DNA of 64,000 bases. Origin: an uncultured Bacteroidota bacterium. Lineage in GTDB: Bacteria; Bacteroidota; Ignavibacteria; Kryptoniales; JAKASW01. A program made the position numbers and the translations under genes. The stretch lies in assembly GCA_963790995.1 (NCBI GenBank), contig CAWBQQ010000001.1, positions 2,007,268-2,071,267 of the forward strand. The letters are read 5' to 3'. Positions 47,078 through 57,086 of this stretch are shown here, in pieces; position 1 is the stretch's first letter; the number at the start of each line of letters is the position of its first letter. The notes below the pieces were generated by a model. The model made no database searches. It had not been told where the DNA came from and saw nothing but the letters and a program-made list of their open reading frames with translations.

Positions 47078-47150
47078 CTCATTTTTTGTTTACACGTTGT
47101 CGATGTTTCATTCTATTCCCGGCAAAGTTTCAATTCCATCATTTTGCCGG

Positions 47151-48149
47151 TCAATCATTTCTTACAGGCGTGCGACGTTCCGCGTCTCGGGACGATATTC
47201 CGGTTTTCCGGACATCGCTCATCTTGTCTATTCCGGCGACTTCTCCAACGGAAGGGATATCCGAAATTGCCGAAACAGTTCTTTTGACGAGCCCCTGCAA
47301 TACTTTTCCGGGGCCGATTTCCACGAATTTTTTAATGCCGTCGTTGCACATGTTGATCACGGACTCCTGCCATCTTACCGGGCTTGTCAACTGGCAAATC
47401 AGAGCATCCTTGATTTCGCTTACGCTCCTGACCGGTTTTCCGGCAACATTCGTATAAACCGGCACGTTCGCTTCATGGAACGGCGCCGCATCTATCGCTT
47501 TCTTCAGCTCCGATTTTAGAGTTTCCATCAAAGGAGAATGAAAAGCTCCGCTCACCACAAGCTCTTTTGCGATCTTCGCACCCCGTGCTCTTGAAAGCTC
47601 CATGGCCTTCCGGACGGCATCGACATCGCCGGAAATCACGATCTGTCCCGGCGAATTGTAATTTGCCGGTTGAGCGATCCCCGTTACCGACGCTTCTGCG
47701 CAGACTTCTTCGACGACTTCACCTTCAAGGCCGACAATTGCGGCCATCGTTCCATGGCGAACGTCGCCCGCGTTCTGCATCAGCCTGCCGCGCAAGCCGA
47801 CAAGTGCGATAGCAGTCTCGAAATCCACTGCGCCTGCCGCGAACAATGCGGAATACTCACCGAGAGAATGGCCTGCGGCGGCAACGAATTCCTTCTCTTC
47901 GAGAATAGTAAACGCGACGGCGCTGTGCAAAAATATGGCCGGCTGCGTAATTTCAGTTTGACGCAATTTATCCTCAGGTCCATCGAAACATATTTCGGCA
48001 ATGTCGAATCCAAGAACACTATTCGCAACGTCGAACATCTCTTTTGCTTTCAAACTCGCGTCATACCAGTCTCTTCCCATGCCCACGTACTGCGAGCCCT
48101 GACCGGGAAAAATATATGCAACTTTATTGGAAAGGCTCGTTTCAGGCAC
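47151..48149 (-). CDS. fabD: Malonyl-CoA:ACP transacylase
   Basis: FPGQGSQ, TQPAIF, GHSLGEY, SGAFHS, EIGPGKVL; GTG start just after the fabH stop (inferred). Confidence 0.97.
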   Translation of the reverse strand: MPETSLSNKVAYIFPGQGSQYVGMGRDWYDASLKAKEMFDVANSVLGFDIAEICFDGPEDKLRQTEITQPAIFLHSAVAFTILEEKEFVAAAGHSLGEYSALFAAGAVDFETAIALVGLRGRLMQNAGDVRHGTMAAIVGLEGEVVEEVCAEASVTGIAQPANYNSPGQIVISGDVDAVRKAMELSRARGAKIAKELVVSGAFHSPLMETLKSELKKAIDAAPFHEANVPVYTNVAGKPVRSVSEIKDALICQLTSPVRWQESVINMCNDGIKKFVEIGPGKVLQGLVKRTVSAISDIPSVGEVAGIDKMSDVRKTGISSRDAERRTPVRND

Positions 48150-48151
48150 AA

Positions 48152-49168
48152 TCAACCCCGGTTTTGCCGCGAACAATTTTCCATAGACCATTTCATGAGG
48201 ACTGCACCCCATGTGTATCCTGCACCGAACGCAGATAAGACGAGCGTCTGTCCCTTCTTCAATTGGCCGCTCTTGTAATACTCGGATAGGCAAAGAGGGA
48301 TCGTAGCGGCTGTCGTGTTTCCATAGCGGTCGATGTTTAACATTACTTTCGACCTGTCGAGTTCCATCCTGTTTGCAGTCGCGTCGATAATTCTTTTATT
48401 TGCCTGATGCGGCACAAGCCAGTCAACGTCTTTTCCGGTGAGATTATTTTTCTTCATGATATCGAAAGAGATGTCGGCCATCCCGACGACGGCGACTTTG
48501 AAAACAGCTTTGCCATCCTGGTACAGGTAGTGCATTTTCTTATCGACGGTTTCGTGCGTAGGCGGATTCAAACTTCCGCCGCCGAGGATATTCAAATATT
48601 TTCCACCGGCTCCATCGGAGTGTAAGATGTAATCTACAATTCCGTACTGGCTATTTTCTGCCGGCTCGAGCAGCACCGCTGCAGCAGCATCGCCGAACAA
48701 AATGCAGTTTGCTCGATCCGAGTAATCCGTTATCGAGGACATCTTATCAGCGCCGACGATGATAACTTTTTTATAAGCTCCGTTTTGCACAAACTGTGCA
48801 CCGGTGACGAGGGCGAAAATAAATCCCGAGCATGCAGCCGATAGATCGAATCCCCAAGCATTTTTCGCGCCGATCTTCTCTTGAACCACACAAGCAGTCA
48901 ACGGGAAAAACATATCCGGCGTTATTGTCGCAACTATGATCAAGTCTATTTCTTCTGCCGACATGTTTCGACTCTCGAGCAAATTATTTATGGCGCCGAC
49001 TGCCAGGTCGCTCGTCGCCCCTTTCTTGAGAATTCTTCTTTCACGAATTCCGGTTCTTGTCCGGATCCATTCGTCGGTTGTGGCAATCATTTTCTCGAAG
49101 TCGGCGTTTGTCAGGAGATATTCCGGGACATAATGACCAACGCCGGTTATCACTGCACGTCTTGGCAT
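48152..49168 (-). CDS. fabH: 3-oxoacyl-ACP synthase III
   Basis: AACSGF, PHQAN, YGNT, FGAGYTW. Confidence 0.98.
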   Translation of the reverse strand: MPRRAVITGVGHYVPEYLLTNADFEKMIATTDEWIRTRTGIRERRILKKGATSDLAVGAINNLLESRNMSAEEIDLIIVATITPDMFFPLTACVVQEKIGAKNAWGFDLSAACSGFIFALVTGAQFVQNGAYKKVIIVGADKMSSITDYSDRANCILFGDAAAAVLLEPAENSQYGIVDYILHSDGAGGKYLNILGGGSLNPPTHETVDKKMHYLYQDGKAVFKVAVVGMADISFDIMKKNNLTGKDVDWLVPHQANKRIIDATANRMELDRSKVMLNIDRYGNTTAATIPLCLSEYYKSGQLKKGQTLVLSAFGAGYTWGAVLMKWSMENCSRQNRG

Positions 49169-49175
49169 CTGCTTT

Positions 49176-50186
49176 TTAAACCTTTATTTCCAATTTTCCG
49201 ATTGCGGACTCAATAAGTTTACTGATGTTGTGATTCACAACCTCTTCTGCACGCAAAACCATGTTTTTCATTGCGAGGGTTGTCGAGCCTCCATGGCCTA
49301 TCATGGACACGCCTTTTACGCCGAGAAGCGGCGCTCCACCTTGAGATTCGTAATTGAATCCGCTTAAAACTTTCTTCATGGTTCTCGACATAAGCCCCGC
49401 CCAGATTGTTTTGAAAATATTCTCAGCTGCATAGCGCTTGAATCTTGTTCTCAAAACCGGCAGAAAGCTTTCGGCGAATTTTAGAACTACGTTGCCGACA
49501 AAACCGTCCGTCAATACAATGTCTGCTTTTCCCATCAAGATATCTCTGCCTTCGACGTTGCCGATGAAATTCAAGCCGCTCTTTTCGAGAAGCGGATATG
49601 AAGCTTGTGCGAGTTCATTTCCTTTGGAACTTTCTTCGCCGATGTTGAGCAAGCCGACGGTCGGGCTCGCCTTCTTCTGAATTTCCATTGCATAAATCGA
49701 TCCCATCAAGCCAAATTCAACGAGGTGCTGCGGCCTGCAATCCGAATTGGCGCCCGCATCGAGCAATAAACAGACGCCATTATCTACCGTCGGAAGAGGC
49801 GTGCCTATTGTCGGACGGCTTACTCCTCTGATGCGTCCGAGGATCAATGTCGTTGCAGACATGACTGCGCCCGTGTTGCCGGCGCTAACGAAAGCATCCA
49901 CTTTACCTTCGCTATGAAGGTTCATCCCGACGACAATCGACGAGCCTTGTTTTTCTTTAATTGCGGTGTTCGGGGATTCGTGCATCTCGATAACTTCGCG
50001 TGCGTCAACGATGGAGTAATTCAGCCCTTTCGTGGAATAGCGAGAAATTTCCTTTTGTATCTCTTCCTCACGGCCAACAAGGACGAGCTCAAAACGATTG
50101 TTCGATTCTTCGAGCGCCTGCAGTCCGCCTTCGACGATCCTGAGCGGCGCCAGATCGCCGCCCATCGCATCAAGTGCAATTCGCAT
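49176..50186 (-). CDS. plsX: Phosphate acyltransferase PlsX
   Basis: DAMGGD, SAGNTGA, LLNIGEE..KG, GNVEG, DGFVGN, GHGGS. Confidence 0.98.
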   Translation of the reverse strand: MRIALDAMGGDLAPLRIVEGGLQALEESNNRFELVLVGREEEIQKEISRYSTKGLNYSIVDAREVIEMHESPNTAIKEKQGSSIVVGMNLHSEGKVDAFVSAGNTGAVMSATTLILGRIRGVSRPTIGTPLPTVDNGVCLLLDAGANSDCRPQHLVEFGLMGSIYAMEIQKKASPTVGLLNIGEESSKGNELAQASYPLLEKSGLNFIGNVEGRDILMGKADIVLTDGFVGNVVLKFAESFLPVLRTRFKRYAAENIFKTIWAGLMSRTMKKVLSGFNYESQGGAPLLGVKGVSMIGHGGSTTLAMKNMVLRAEEVVNHNISKLIESAIGKLEIKV

Positions 50187-50279
50187 TCTAATATTGACCG
50201 ACAGCTGTTGGTTGGGGATTAATTGCTAAAGGCATAAAGAATTTCTGATTTTGAATTAAGAATTCACAGCTGTTTTTAG

Positions 50280-50462
50280 CTACGCGCCCTTAGGTATGAA
50301 AGCGACTCTTCCGCTATAGTAGCCGCAGTTCGGACAAGCGCGATGTGGAAGTTTGGGTTCGTGGCAATGCGGGCATTCGGAAATCGTGGGAGCGGTTGCT
50401 TTATAATGAGTTCTTCTTTTAGCTCCCCGCGATTTAGAATGTCTTCGTTTGGGATTCGGCAT
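50280..50462 (-). CDS. rpmF: 50S ribosomal protein L32 (zinc-ribbon type)
   Basis: [12 protein letters not shown]; CPHC and CPNCGYY. Confidence 0.98.
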   Translation of the reverse strand: MPNPKRRHSKSRGAKRRTHYKATAPTISECPHCHEPKLPHRACPNCGYYSGRVAFIPKGA

Positions 50463-50579
50463 ATTACTTTTTCCTTATAAAATTTTTCATCTTTAGAAAA
50501 TCAACGGGCAAAATTTAAAAGTCGATAATGAGACTCATAGGCAAACTCCATCTTGAGCCGTGCTATTAAACTTTGACAT

Positions 50580-51095
50580 TCAGTCTTTGCTTTTGACTTT
50601 TGAAATTTGACTTTTCATCAGTATTTCCCATCTCGGATCCGCCTCATTGTAGTTGCAGGCACAAGTTCCGTCATTTAAGTTTTTGCCGCAGCTCGCACAA
50701 AGGCCCGCACAATCCTCTTTGCACAAGAGCTTCAAAGGTACCGAGACGAGTATGGATTCTCTTATTTCTTCATCGATGTCAATTTCATTCGTGCTGCGAT
50801 GGATCACAGTGATCTCATCCTCGTCAACTTCTCCGGCATCATCTTGATCCTGAACATAAGTCATTCTGTAATCGACGCTCACGTCCTTTTCAAATTCTGC
50901 GAGACAACGATCACAAACAAACTTGCCGGAAGTTTTCACGTGTCCGGTTAAAAAAAGCTGTCTTCGCCGTTTTTCAAGTTCAACTTTGACCGAAATCTGT
51001 TTTGAAAAGCGTTCATCCAGCTTGACGTTGGAGGGAGATTCCTCGAATTCGTATTCGTGAGTCCCTTCCGAGAGGTTCGAAATGTTTATTCTCAT
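50580..51095 (-). CDS. yceD: DUF177/YceD family protein
   Basis: CDRCL, LCKEDCAGLCASCG.NLN, DPRW; upstream of rpmF. Confidence 0.93.
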   Translation of the reverse strand: MRINISNLSEGTHEYEFEESPSNVKLDERFSKQISVKVELEKRRRQLFLTGHVKTSGKFVCDRCLAEFEKDVSVDYRMTYVQDQDDAGEVDEDEITVIHRSTNEIDIDEEIRESILVSVPLKLLCKEDCAGLCASCGKNLNDGTCACNYNEADPRWEILMKSQISKVKSKD

Positions 51096-51294
51096 TCGAA
51101 TTCCTCCTCAAAATTTTAAAATAGCACAATATAGCCGTTCAACTTTCTAAATTATGAACGGGTGAACAAAGCTCATTAATATAACAGGAGAAGGCAATTT
51201 AAGCAAGAAATGATGAAGAGGGGTTGACAAATGGACGGTTATCCCACCATCGGGAACAGTGGAACCTTCCCTTTTATCTTTTATTATGTATTCT

Positions 51295-51882
51295 TCAGCA
51301 AAAAGGGTCGTTGTTCTTATCTTTGTTCCAGATATATTCAATTCGACTTGATATTCTCTCTGCCGATTCCGTTCCTTGTCTGTCAGCGATGAAGCCTAAT
51401 ACCATGTCGATTCCCGCAGACACGCCGGATGAAGTATAATATTTCCCGTCATTCACCCATCGAGCCTTTCTTATCCACTGTACTTCGCTGTCTTGTTCGA
51501 CGACCCAATCGAATGCCGTTTTGTTGGAAGTCGCTCTGAACCCTTTCAACAATCCCGTCTTCGCCAGCAACGCCGAGCCCGTGCAAACTGTCAGGACGAA
51601 TTGAGAACTCAGGGATATTTCTTTCAGAGACCTTATCAATTCCTGATTGTTTATCTCTCTTCTTGTACCGACGCCTCCGGGAACTAATATAATACCTCCT
51701 CCAGTGATATTCGAAAGTGGAAGAGTCTCAACGCGAACGTTATGGCTGCTTCTTACTATACCTCCGTTCTGAGAATAGAACTCGATCTCGCATAATTCAT
51801 TAAGCACTCCTATTATTTCAACCGGTCCGAACACGTCGAGCGTTTCAAAATCGTTAAAGAGGATGACATTAAAGTTTTCCAT
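51295..51882 (-). CDS. DJ-1/PfpI family protein
   Basis: FETLDVFGP, VPGG, VCTG, TSSGVSAGID. Confidence 0.93.
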   Translation of the reverse strand: MENFNVILFNDFETLDVFGPVEIIGVLNELCEIEFYSQNGGIVRSSHNVRVETLPLSNITGGGIILVPGGVGTRREINNQELIRSLKEISLSSQFVLTVCTGSALLAKTGLLKGFRATSNKTAFDWVVEQDSEVQWIRKARWVNDGKYYTSSGVSAGIDMVLGFIADRQGTESAERISSRIEYIWNKDKNNDPFC

Positions 51883-51931
51883 CGTTGCTGCCCTTGTGTG
51901 AGTCTATCGTAATCGTCGGGAAACAAATACT

Positions 51932-52234
51932 CTATACTTCATAATCGACCGATTTTCTGTCTTCTTTCGCTTCAGCTACGAATGGCATGATGCCTTTGTG
52001 TTCCGGGTGATTCTGGTAATCATTCAAATCTTGTTTTGAGTCGAATTCAGAATACAAGGCTACGTCATAGCTGTCCTTTGTCATGGAAAAATCGATCCCG
52101 ACTTCCAACTTCCTCAAGCCGTGGATCTTTCCATTCAGAGTTTCCAATTTTTCTTTTATTAATTTTGCATTCGTGACTTTTGTATTTCCATTAGCAAGAT
52201 CTTTTAGCTTCCACATTACAATGTGCTTTACCAT
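51932..52234 (-). CDS. Dabb (stress-responsive A/B barrel) protein
   Basis: MVKHIVMWK, Y..HPEH, VDY. Confidence 0.92.
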   Translation of the reverse strand: MVKHIVMWKLKDLANGNTKVTNAKLIKEKLETLNGKIHGLRKLEVGIDFSMTKDSYDVALYSEFDSKQDLNDYQNHPEHKGIMPFVAEAKEDRKSVDYEV

Positions 52235-52259
52235 TTTTATCCCGCTCCATTTTTGTTAA

Positions 52260-53555
52260 TCAATTACCAACTTCTTCAACTGATCGAGCTCTTTCCGCCC
52301 TACCGATAGACCATTTCAATAAAGGTGGAGTTATGAAAGTCGTCACTATGACCATGACGACAATTGCGGAAAAGATTTCGTTATTGAGTAATCCCAATGA
52401 TTTGCCGATACTGGCAAAGATTAATTCCACCTCTCCTCTTGGAATCATTCCGATTCCCACAGTCAAACGATCGACTCTTTTCTGCCTGATAACAAATCCA
52501 CATGCTTGCTTGCCGATCACAGCCGCAACAACGAGTCCGCATGAAATCACGAGAACGGATGGTGTAAGAAAACTTTCCAAATGAACTTGAATCCCCATCA
52601 GCACAAAAAAGATCGGCACGAGCAAAGTTGAAACTGGGCTGATAAGGTCTTTAATCCCGGAGGTGCTCTCGAAATCTTTAAAATGAACTTCTTCGAGTAT
52701 TAAGCCGGCAGCAAACGCACCGACGATTGGCGCAAGCCCGGCCAATCCTGCAAGAGCTGCGAGCCCGAAACAAATTATCAGGGCTGTAATCAGCATGAGA
52801 CCATGGGTTCTGAACCTAGCCGCCAATCCAACCAAACGGGGAATCAAATAGGAACCGATAACCAGAGATCCTACTAGAAATCCGATTGCAATCAATGTCA
52901 ATTTTGCAATTCCAAAGAAAGAAAGGACGATACCGGTTTTAGCGGAAATGACAACTGCCGAAACAACAGCAAGAATTATCAACCCCAGGACATCGTCTAC
53001 TACCGCCGCCCCGAGAACAATTTGTCCCTCGATTAAATGTGACTTACCAATATCATGAAAGACTCGCGCGGTTATCCCGACACTCGTAGCGCACAACGTT
53101 GCTCCGATAAACATGTGAATGATGTGGATATTGAAATTTGGAGAAATCTCCAGGATTTGTTTTGGTACTTCGCTGACAAGAAACGTCGAAACAAAATAGC
53201 CCAGAACGAATGAGGCGATAACGCCGACTGTCGCGACAAAGAATGATAAAGCTCCGACTTTCCGCATATCCTTCACACTCGATTCAAGGCCTACTTCGAA
53301 GAGGAGAATTATAATGCCAAGCTGTGCCAGCATGTCGATGTTTATGGCGGCATGATCCGTCAGAACCGCTTCCCTGATCGGCTCGAACAAATTCCAGTTG
53401 TGATTAACGAGAACAAGGTTTCCAAGAATCACGCCTGCAATCAATTCTCCAAGTACTGCCGGCTGTTTGATGCGCTCGAATATTTCGGCGCCGATCTTTG
53501 CGGCGGCAAGAATTACGATTAGATAAAGAAGGACTTTAGTAGGCTCGTAGTTCAT
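52260..53555 (-). CDS. CPA2-family cation:proton antiporter
   Basis: QPAVLGELIAG, LFEVGLE, ATSVGIT, AAVVDD, GMIPRGEV. Confidence 0.95.
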   Translation of the reverse strand: MNYEPTKVLLYLIVILAAAKIGAEIFERIKQPAVLGELIAGVILGNLVLVNHNWNLFEPIREAVLTDHAAINIDMLAQLGIIILLFEVGLESSVKDMRKVGALSFFVATVGVIASFVLGYFVSTFLVSEVPKQILEISPNFNIHIIHMFIGATLCATSVGITARVFHDIGKSHLIEGQIVLGAAVVDDVLGLIILAVVSAVVISAKTGIVLSFFGIAKLTLIAIGFLVGSLVIGSYLIPRLVGLAARFRTHGLMLITALIICFGLAALAGLAGLAPIVGAFAAGLILEEVHFKDFESTSGIKDLISPVSTLLVPIFFVLMGIQVHLESFLTPSVLVISCGLVVAAVIGKQACGFVIRQKRVDRLTVGIGMIPRGEVELIFASIGKSLGLLNNEIFSAIVVMVIVTTFITPPLLKWSIGRAERARSVEEVGN

Positions 53556-53598
53556 TGGTCATGGCTCGCGATAAAAATCTGCTGTAAGTCTTGAATAA

Positions 53599-54390
53599 TC
53601 AGCTGAGCGCTGCCTTCACGAATTCCTTGACCCGGTTGCCGTCAGCTGGATTTGAAGTTACGCCGTCAACTTTAACGGATGTTCCGACAATAATTCCGTC
53701 GGCATGCTTCAGCAGTTTCCTGGCATTTGCGGCTGTCGCGCCGCTGCCTATAATTATTTTTGCGTTCGGGAACGCCGTGCGAAGCTCTTGCAATTCACGC
53801 AAATCTACGGCAGCACCTGTCCGTGCTCCGGTAATGATTATCGCATCGGCAAGTCCTCTCTCGAGCGCATCTGCCGCTTGGTGTCTTAATTCGTAATCTC
53901 CGAGCTGGGCCGAGTGTTTCACGCCGACATCCGCAAATATTTTTACGCCGGAATTCAAATTTTTTCTGAGCCGCAAAGTTTCGTATGCTTTGCCTTGGAT
54001 TATTCCCTGGTCGGCAACGACAGCGCCGACATGAACATTCACGCGAATGAATTTTGCTCCTACAACTTCGGCAATACTGAGAGCCGACTCGGCATCGTTA
54101 CGCAGGACGTTGATGCCGAATCGAATTGTCGGAAACTGCCTTATGAGCTCGTGCGCGATTAAAGCTATGGATGAGATAGTCGCCGCCGGAACCCTGCCCC
54201 CGGCAAACGGAGCATCGCCGAAATTTTCTATAATCGCACTCTCTACTCCGCTATCGTGGTACGTATTGCAGTCTTCGATTGCGCGCTCTAATATCGCGCC
54301 AATCGATGCACTGAATTTCGGCGATCCCGGAAGAGGAAGTAGATGTATTACTCCAATAATTTTCGAAATTGATTCAAGCGATGATCGCAT
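53599..54390 (-). CDS. BtpA/SgcQ family TIM-barrel protein
   Basis: GVIHLLPLPGSP, ENFGDAPF, GINVLRND, ADVGVKH, IVGTS. Confidence 0.93.
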   Translation of the reverse strand: MRSSLESISKIIGVIHLLPLPGSPKFSASIGAILERAIEDCNTYHDSGVESAIIENFGDAPFAGGRVPAATISSIALIAHELIRQFPTIRFGINVLRNDAESALSIAEVVGAKFIRVNVHVGAVVADQGIIQGKAYETLRLRKNLNSGVKIFADVGVKHSAQLGDYELRHQAADALERGLADAIIITGARTGAAVDLRELQELRTAFPNAKIIIGSGATAANARKLLKHADGIIVGTSVKVDGVTSNPADGNRVKEFVKAALS

Positions 54391-54542
54391 TATTCGTGCT
54401 GCAATAATTGAGACTCCACATCCTCTGACGTGAGTTCCTCGGCTTCATCCACAAACTCCAGCTCCTCAACCGTCTTAACGACCAAATAAGCAATACCGGC
54501 TGCTATTGCCGCCGCGCTAATTATTACCATTAATTTTTTCAT
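54390..54542 (-). CDS. Small single-pass membrane protein with acidic tail (50 aa)
   Basis: AAGGTGG RBS-like element; MKK plus a hydrophobic helix; stop overlaps the BtpA start. Confidence 0.6.
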   Translation of the reverse strand: MKKLMVIISAAAIAAGIAYLVVKTVEELEFVDEAEELTSEDVESQLLQHE

Positions 54543-55860
54543 GTTCCACCTTTCCCGAAGGAATAATGTCTCCAAATCCTTTCCCGCGAGAGTTCACCAT
54601 GTTATCGGCCGGCGCATCTCCGGCGGGACGTGACGATAAATCCGGCCCCGTGTCGGATGGACGAATTGACTCGACTATTCGCTTTGTATCGAGAGCAATT
54701 ACCAATTCTTCATTCGTAGGCAAAGCAAACACTTTCACTTTCGAAGAATTGTCGCTTATAAGCTTTTCTTTGGTTGCAGAATTATTCTTTTCATCGTCGA
54801 TTTTGATCCCGAAGTATTCCATCCCCTTGCAGCTCTCAGCCCTGACATCCGGGCTATTCTCTCCAATGCCGCCGGTAAACACGATGGCATCGAGTCCGCC
54901 CATGGCAGCGGTGTACGAGCCTATATATTTCTTTATGCGGTACGAAAACACCTGGAAGGCGAGCTCTGCCTGCTTGTTCCCGTTTTTCTTCTCGGAGATA
55001 ATTTCGCGCATATCGCTGGTCAATCCTGAAATTCCGAGGAGTCCACTGTGCTTGTTTAAAAGCGTATTGGCTTCGGCAAGCGAAAGTCCTTCTCGCCCCA
55101 CGATGTGCAATATTATCGACGGGTCTAAGTCCCCGCTGCGTGTTCCCATGAGCAAGCCTTCGAGCGGAGTGAACCCCATCGAAGTGTCGATAGAAACTCC
55201 TTTGTCGACAGCGGCCATGCTGCACCCGTTGCCGAGGTGAATAGTGATGATTTTCAGCTGGTCGATGGGCTTGCCGATGATCTCTGCAGCCTTGTGCGAC
55301 ACGTAATAGTGCGATGTGCCATGAAAGCCGTAGCGGCGAATCTTGTATCGCCTGTAAAGTAGGTACGGGATACCGTATAAAAATGCGCGAGGCGGCATCC
55401 CCTGGTGAAAAGCTGTATCGAAAACAGCTACTTGCGGTGTGCCGGGCAAGTGTTTCAATACGGCTTGTATGCCGCGCAAATTGTGAGGATTATGAAGCGG
55501 TGCGAGCTCAATGTTCTCGCGGATATCGTCTATAACTTTTTCGTCGATCAGCACGCTTTCCGAAAAACTTTCGCCTCCGTGTACCACTCTATGACCGACG
55601 GCTTCAATCTCGGATTTGTCCTGAATTACACCGTGGTTCTTGCTCAACAGAACCGCGAGGACGTATTCGATGGCAGTCTGGTGGTCGAGAACTTCTGCGC
55701 TCATCTTCACCTTATCGCCGTCATATCTTTCGTGGGTGACAACGGAATCGCTCATCCCGATCCGATCGATGAGTCCTATCGCCAGGACATGTTGATCATC
55801 AAGATTTATGAATTGGTATTTTACGGATGAACTTCCGGAGTTTAATACAAGAATCTTCAT
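54517..55860 (-). CDS. ackA: Acetate kinase
   Basis: NSGSSS, GHRVVHGG, APLHNP, FDTAFH, YGFHGTSH, HLGNG, FTGGIGEN, TNEEL. Confidence 0.98.
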   Translation of the reverse strand: MKILVLNSGSSSVKYQFINLDDQHVLAIGLIDRIGMSDSVVTHERYDGDKVKMSAEVLDHQTAIEYVLAVLLSKNHGVIQDKSEIEAVGHRVVHGGESFSESVLIDEKVIDDIRENIELAPLHNPHNLRGIQAVLKHLPGTPQVAVFDTAFHQGMPPRAFLYGIPYLLYRRYKIRRYGFHGTSHYYVSHKAAEIIGKPIDQLKIITIHLGNGCSMAAVDKGVSIDTSMGFTPLEGLLMGTRSGDLDPSIILHIVGREGLSLAEANTLLNKHSGLLGISGLTSDMREIISEKKNGNKQAELAFQVFSYRIKKYIGSYTAAMGGLDAIVFTGGIGENSPDVRAESCKGMEYFGIKIDDEKNNSATKEKLISDNSSKVKVFALPTNEELVIALDTKRIVESIRPSDTGPDLSSRPAGDAPADNMVNSRGKGFGDIIPSGKVEHEKINGNN

Positions 55861-55897
55861 TTCAGCTTTCTATTCGCATTATGGAATTAGCCTTAGG

Positions 55898-56839
55898 CTA
55901 TTTGTGGTTTTCCATTCTCTTGCCGGACTCATCGTACTTAAAGAATCCCTGTCCGGTTTTTTTCCCGAGGCTGCCTTCCCGAACTTTCCGACGAAGGATC
56001 GGGCTTGCTCGATACTGTGGAGTGCCGAGTTCATGGTACATGGTATCAAGCCACGTCAGCACTTCATCCAATCCCATCGTATCTGCCATTTCAAGCGGAC
56101 CTACATTCAAACCATACCCGAGTCTGATGGCGGTATCGATTCCTTCCGCTGTCGCAATCCCCTCCAGTAAGACTTGCATAGCTTCATTGAGCATGGGAAG
56201 GATCACCCTTGTCGTCACAAACCCCGGATACTCGAAAACTTCCACGACAGTTTTGCCTAAGTCTTCGGCAAATTTCTTTATTTTTTTAAATGTATCATCG
56301 TTGGTTTTAAGCGCTCTGACGATTTCAACGAGCGGCACTTTTGAGACAGGATTCAGGAAGTGCATCCCGATAATTTTGTCCGGGCGTGAGGTTGCGTCGG
56401 CAAGTTTTGTCAGGCTGAGGGTTGCCGTGTTGGAAACGAATATTGTGTTTGGATTGCAAATCTTGTCAAGCTGCTTGAAGATTGCCTTCTTCGAGGGGAA
56501 ATCCTCTTCAATTGCCTCTATCACCAGATCACAGTCTGCAACCTCTGTAAGCTCTGTCGAAAACTTAACTCTCGCAAGGATTGCTCTCTTTTCACTTTTC
56601 GTAAGCGCCCATCTCTCAATCTCGGCATTGAGCATCTCGGAAAGTTTCTGCTTGCATTTCTCCACCGTCTCTTCGTCGCGTTCAATAAGAAGCACGTCGA
56701 TGCCGGCTGTTGCTGCAGTTTGAGCAATTCCTCTACCCATGAGCCCGCCCCCGACGATCGCGATGTATCCGGCTCGTTCGTTTTCGGGTTGACCGTGAGC
56801 GATATTAAAAATATCGCTTATTGATTCTTCTTGTGCCAT
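55898..56839 (-). CDS. hbd: 3-hydroxybutyryl/3-hydroxyacyl-CoA dehydrogenase
   Basis: GGGLMG, IEAIEE, SNT, GMHFLNPV, PGFV, LGKKTGQGF. Confidence 0.92.
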   Translation of the reverse strand: MAQEESISDIFNIAHGQPENERAGYIAIVGGGLMGRGIAQTAATAGIDVLLIERDEETVEKCKQKLSEMLNAEIERWALTKSEKRAILARVKFSTELTEVADCDLVIEAIEEDFPSKKAIFKQLDKICNPNTIFVSNTATLSLTKLADATSRPDKIIGMHFLNPVSKVPLVEIVRALKTNDDTFKKIKKFAEDLGKTVVEVFEYPGFVTTRVILPMLNEAMQVLLEGIATAEGIDTAIRLGYGLNVGPLEMADTMGLDEVLTWLDTMYHELGTPQYRASPILRRKVREGSLGKKTGQGFFKYDESGKRMENHK

Positions 56840-57086
56840 TGAAATCCCTACTAAATTAAAAAATGATGAATTGCGAATCAATGATGTCAACCCAGCCCTC
56901 GAACGCCTGGAATGAAAGTTTAGGTGCAAAAAAGATTCGGTCTAATGCCGATGAGCCTGTGACTCAAGTGTAAAAGGAACATTCCGCGCTTGTTATTTTG
57001 AGCAGGCGGCTGAAATCCTCGTATTGGCTCTTATTTTAGTCGGCATAAAATGCCATCTGTGAGCCAAGGGCTAATAGCGCTTTATG

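Noticed and set aside
47151-48293. Long N-terminal extensions from the ORF track (fabD, hbd, hydC, porin, decaheme, CHAD, aminopeptidase)
   Set aside because: Downstream starts with better RBS, signal peptide or operon coupling explain the proteins; the extensions are most-upstream-start artefacts
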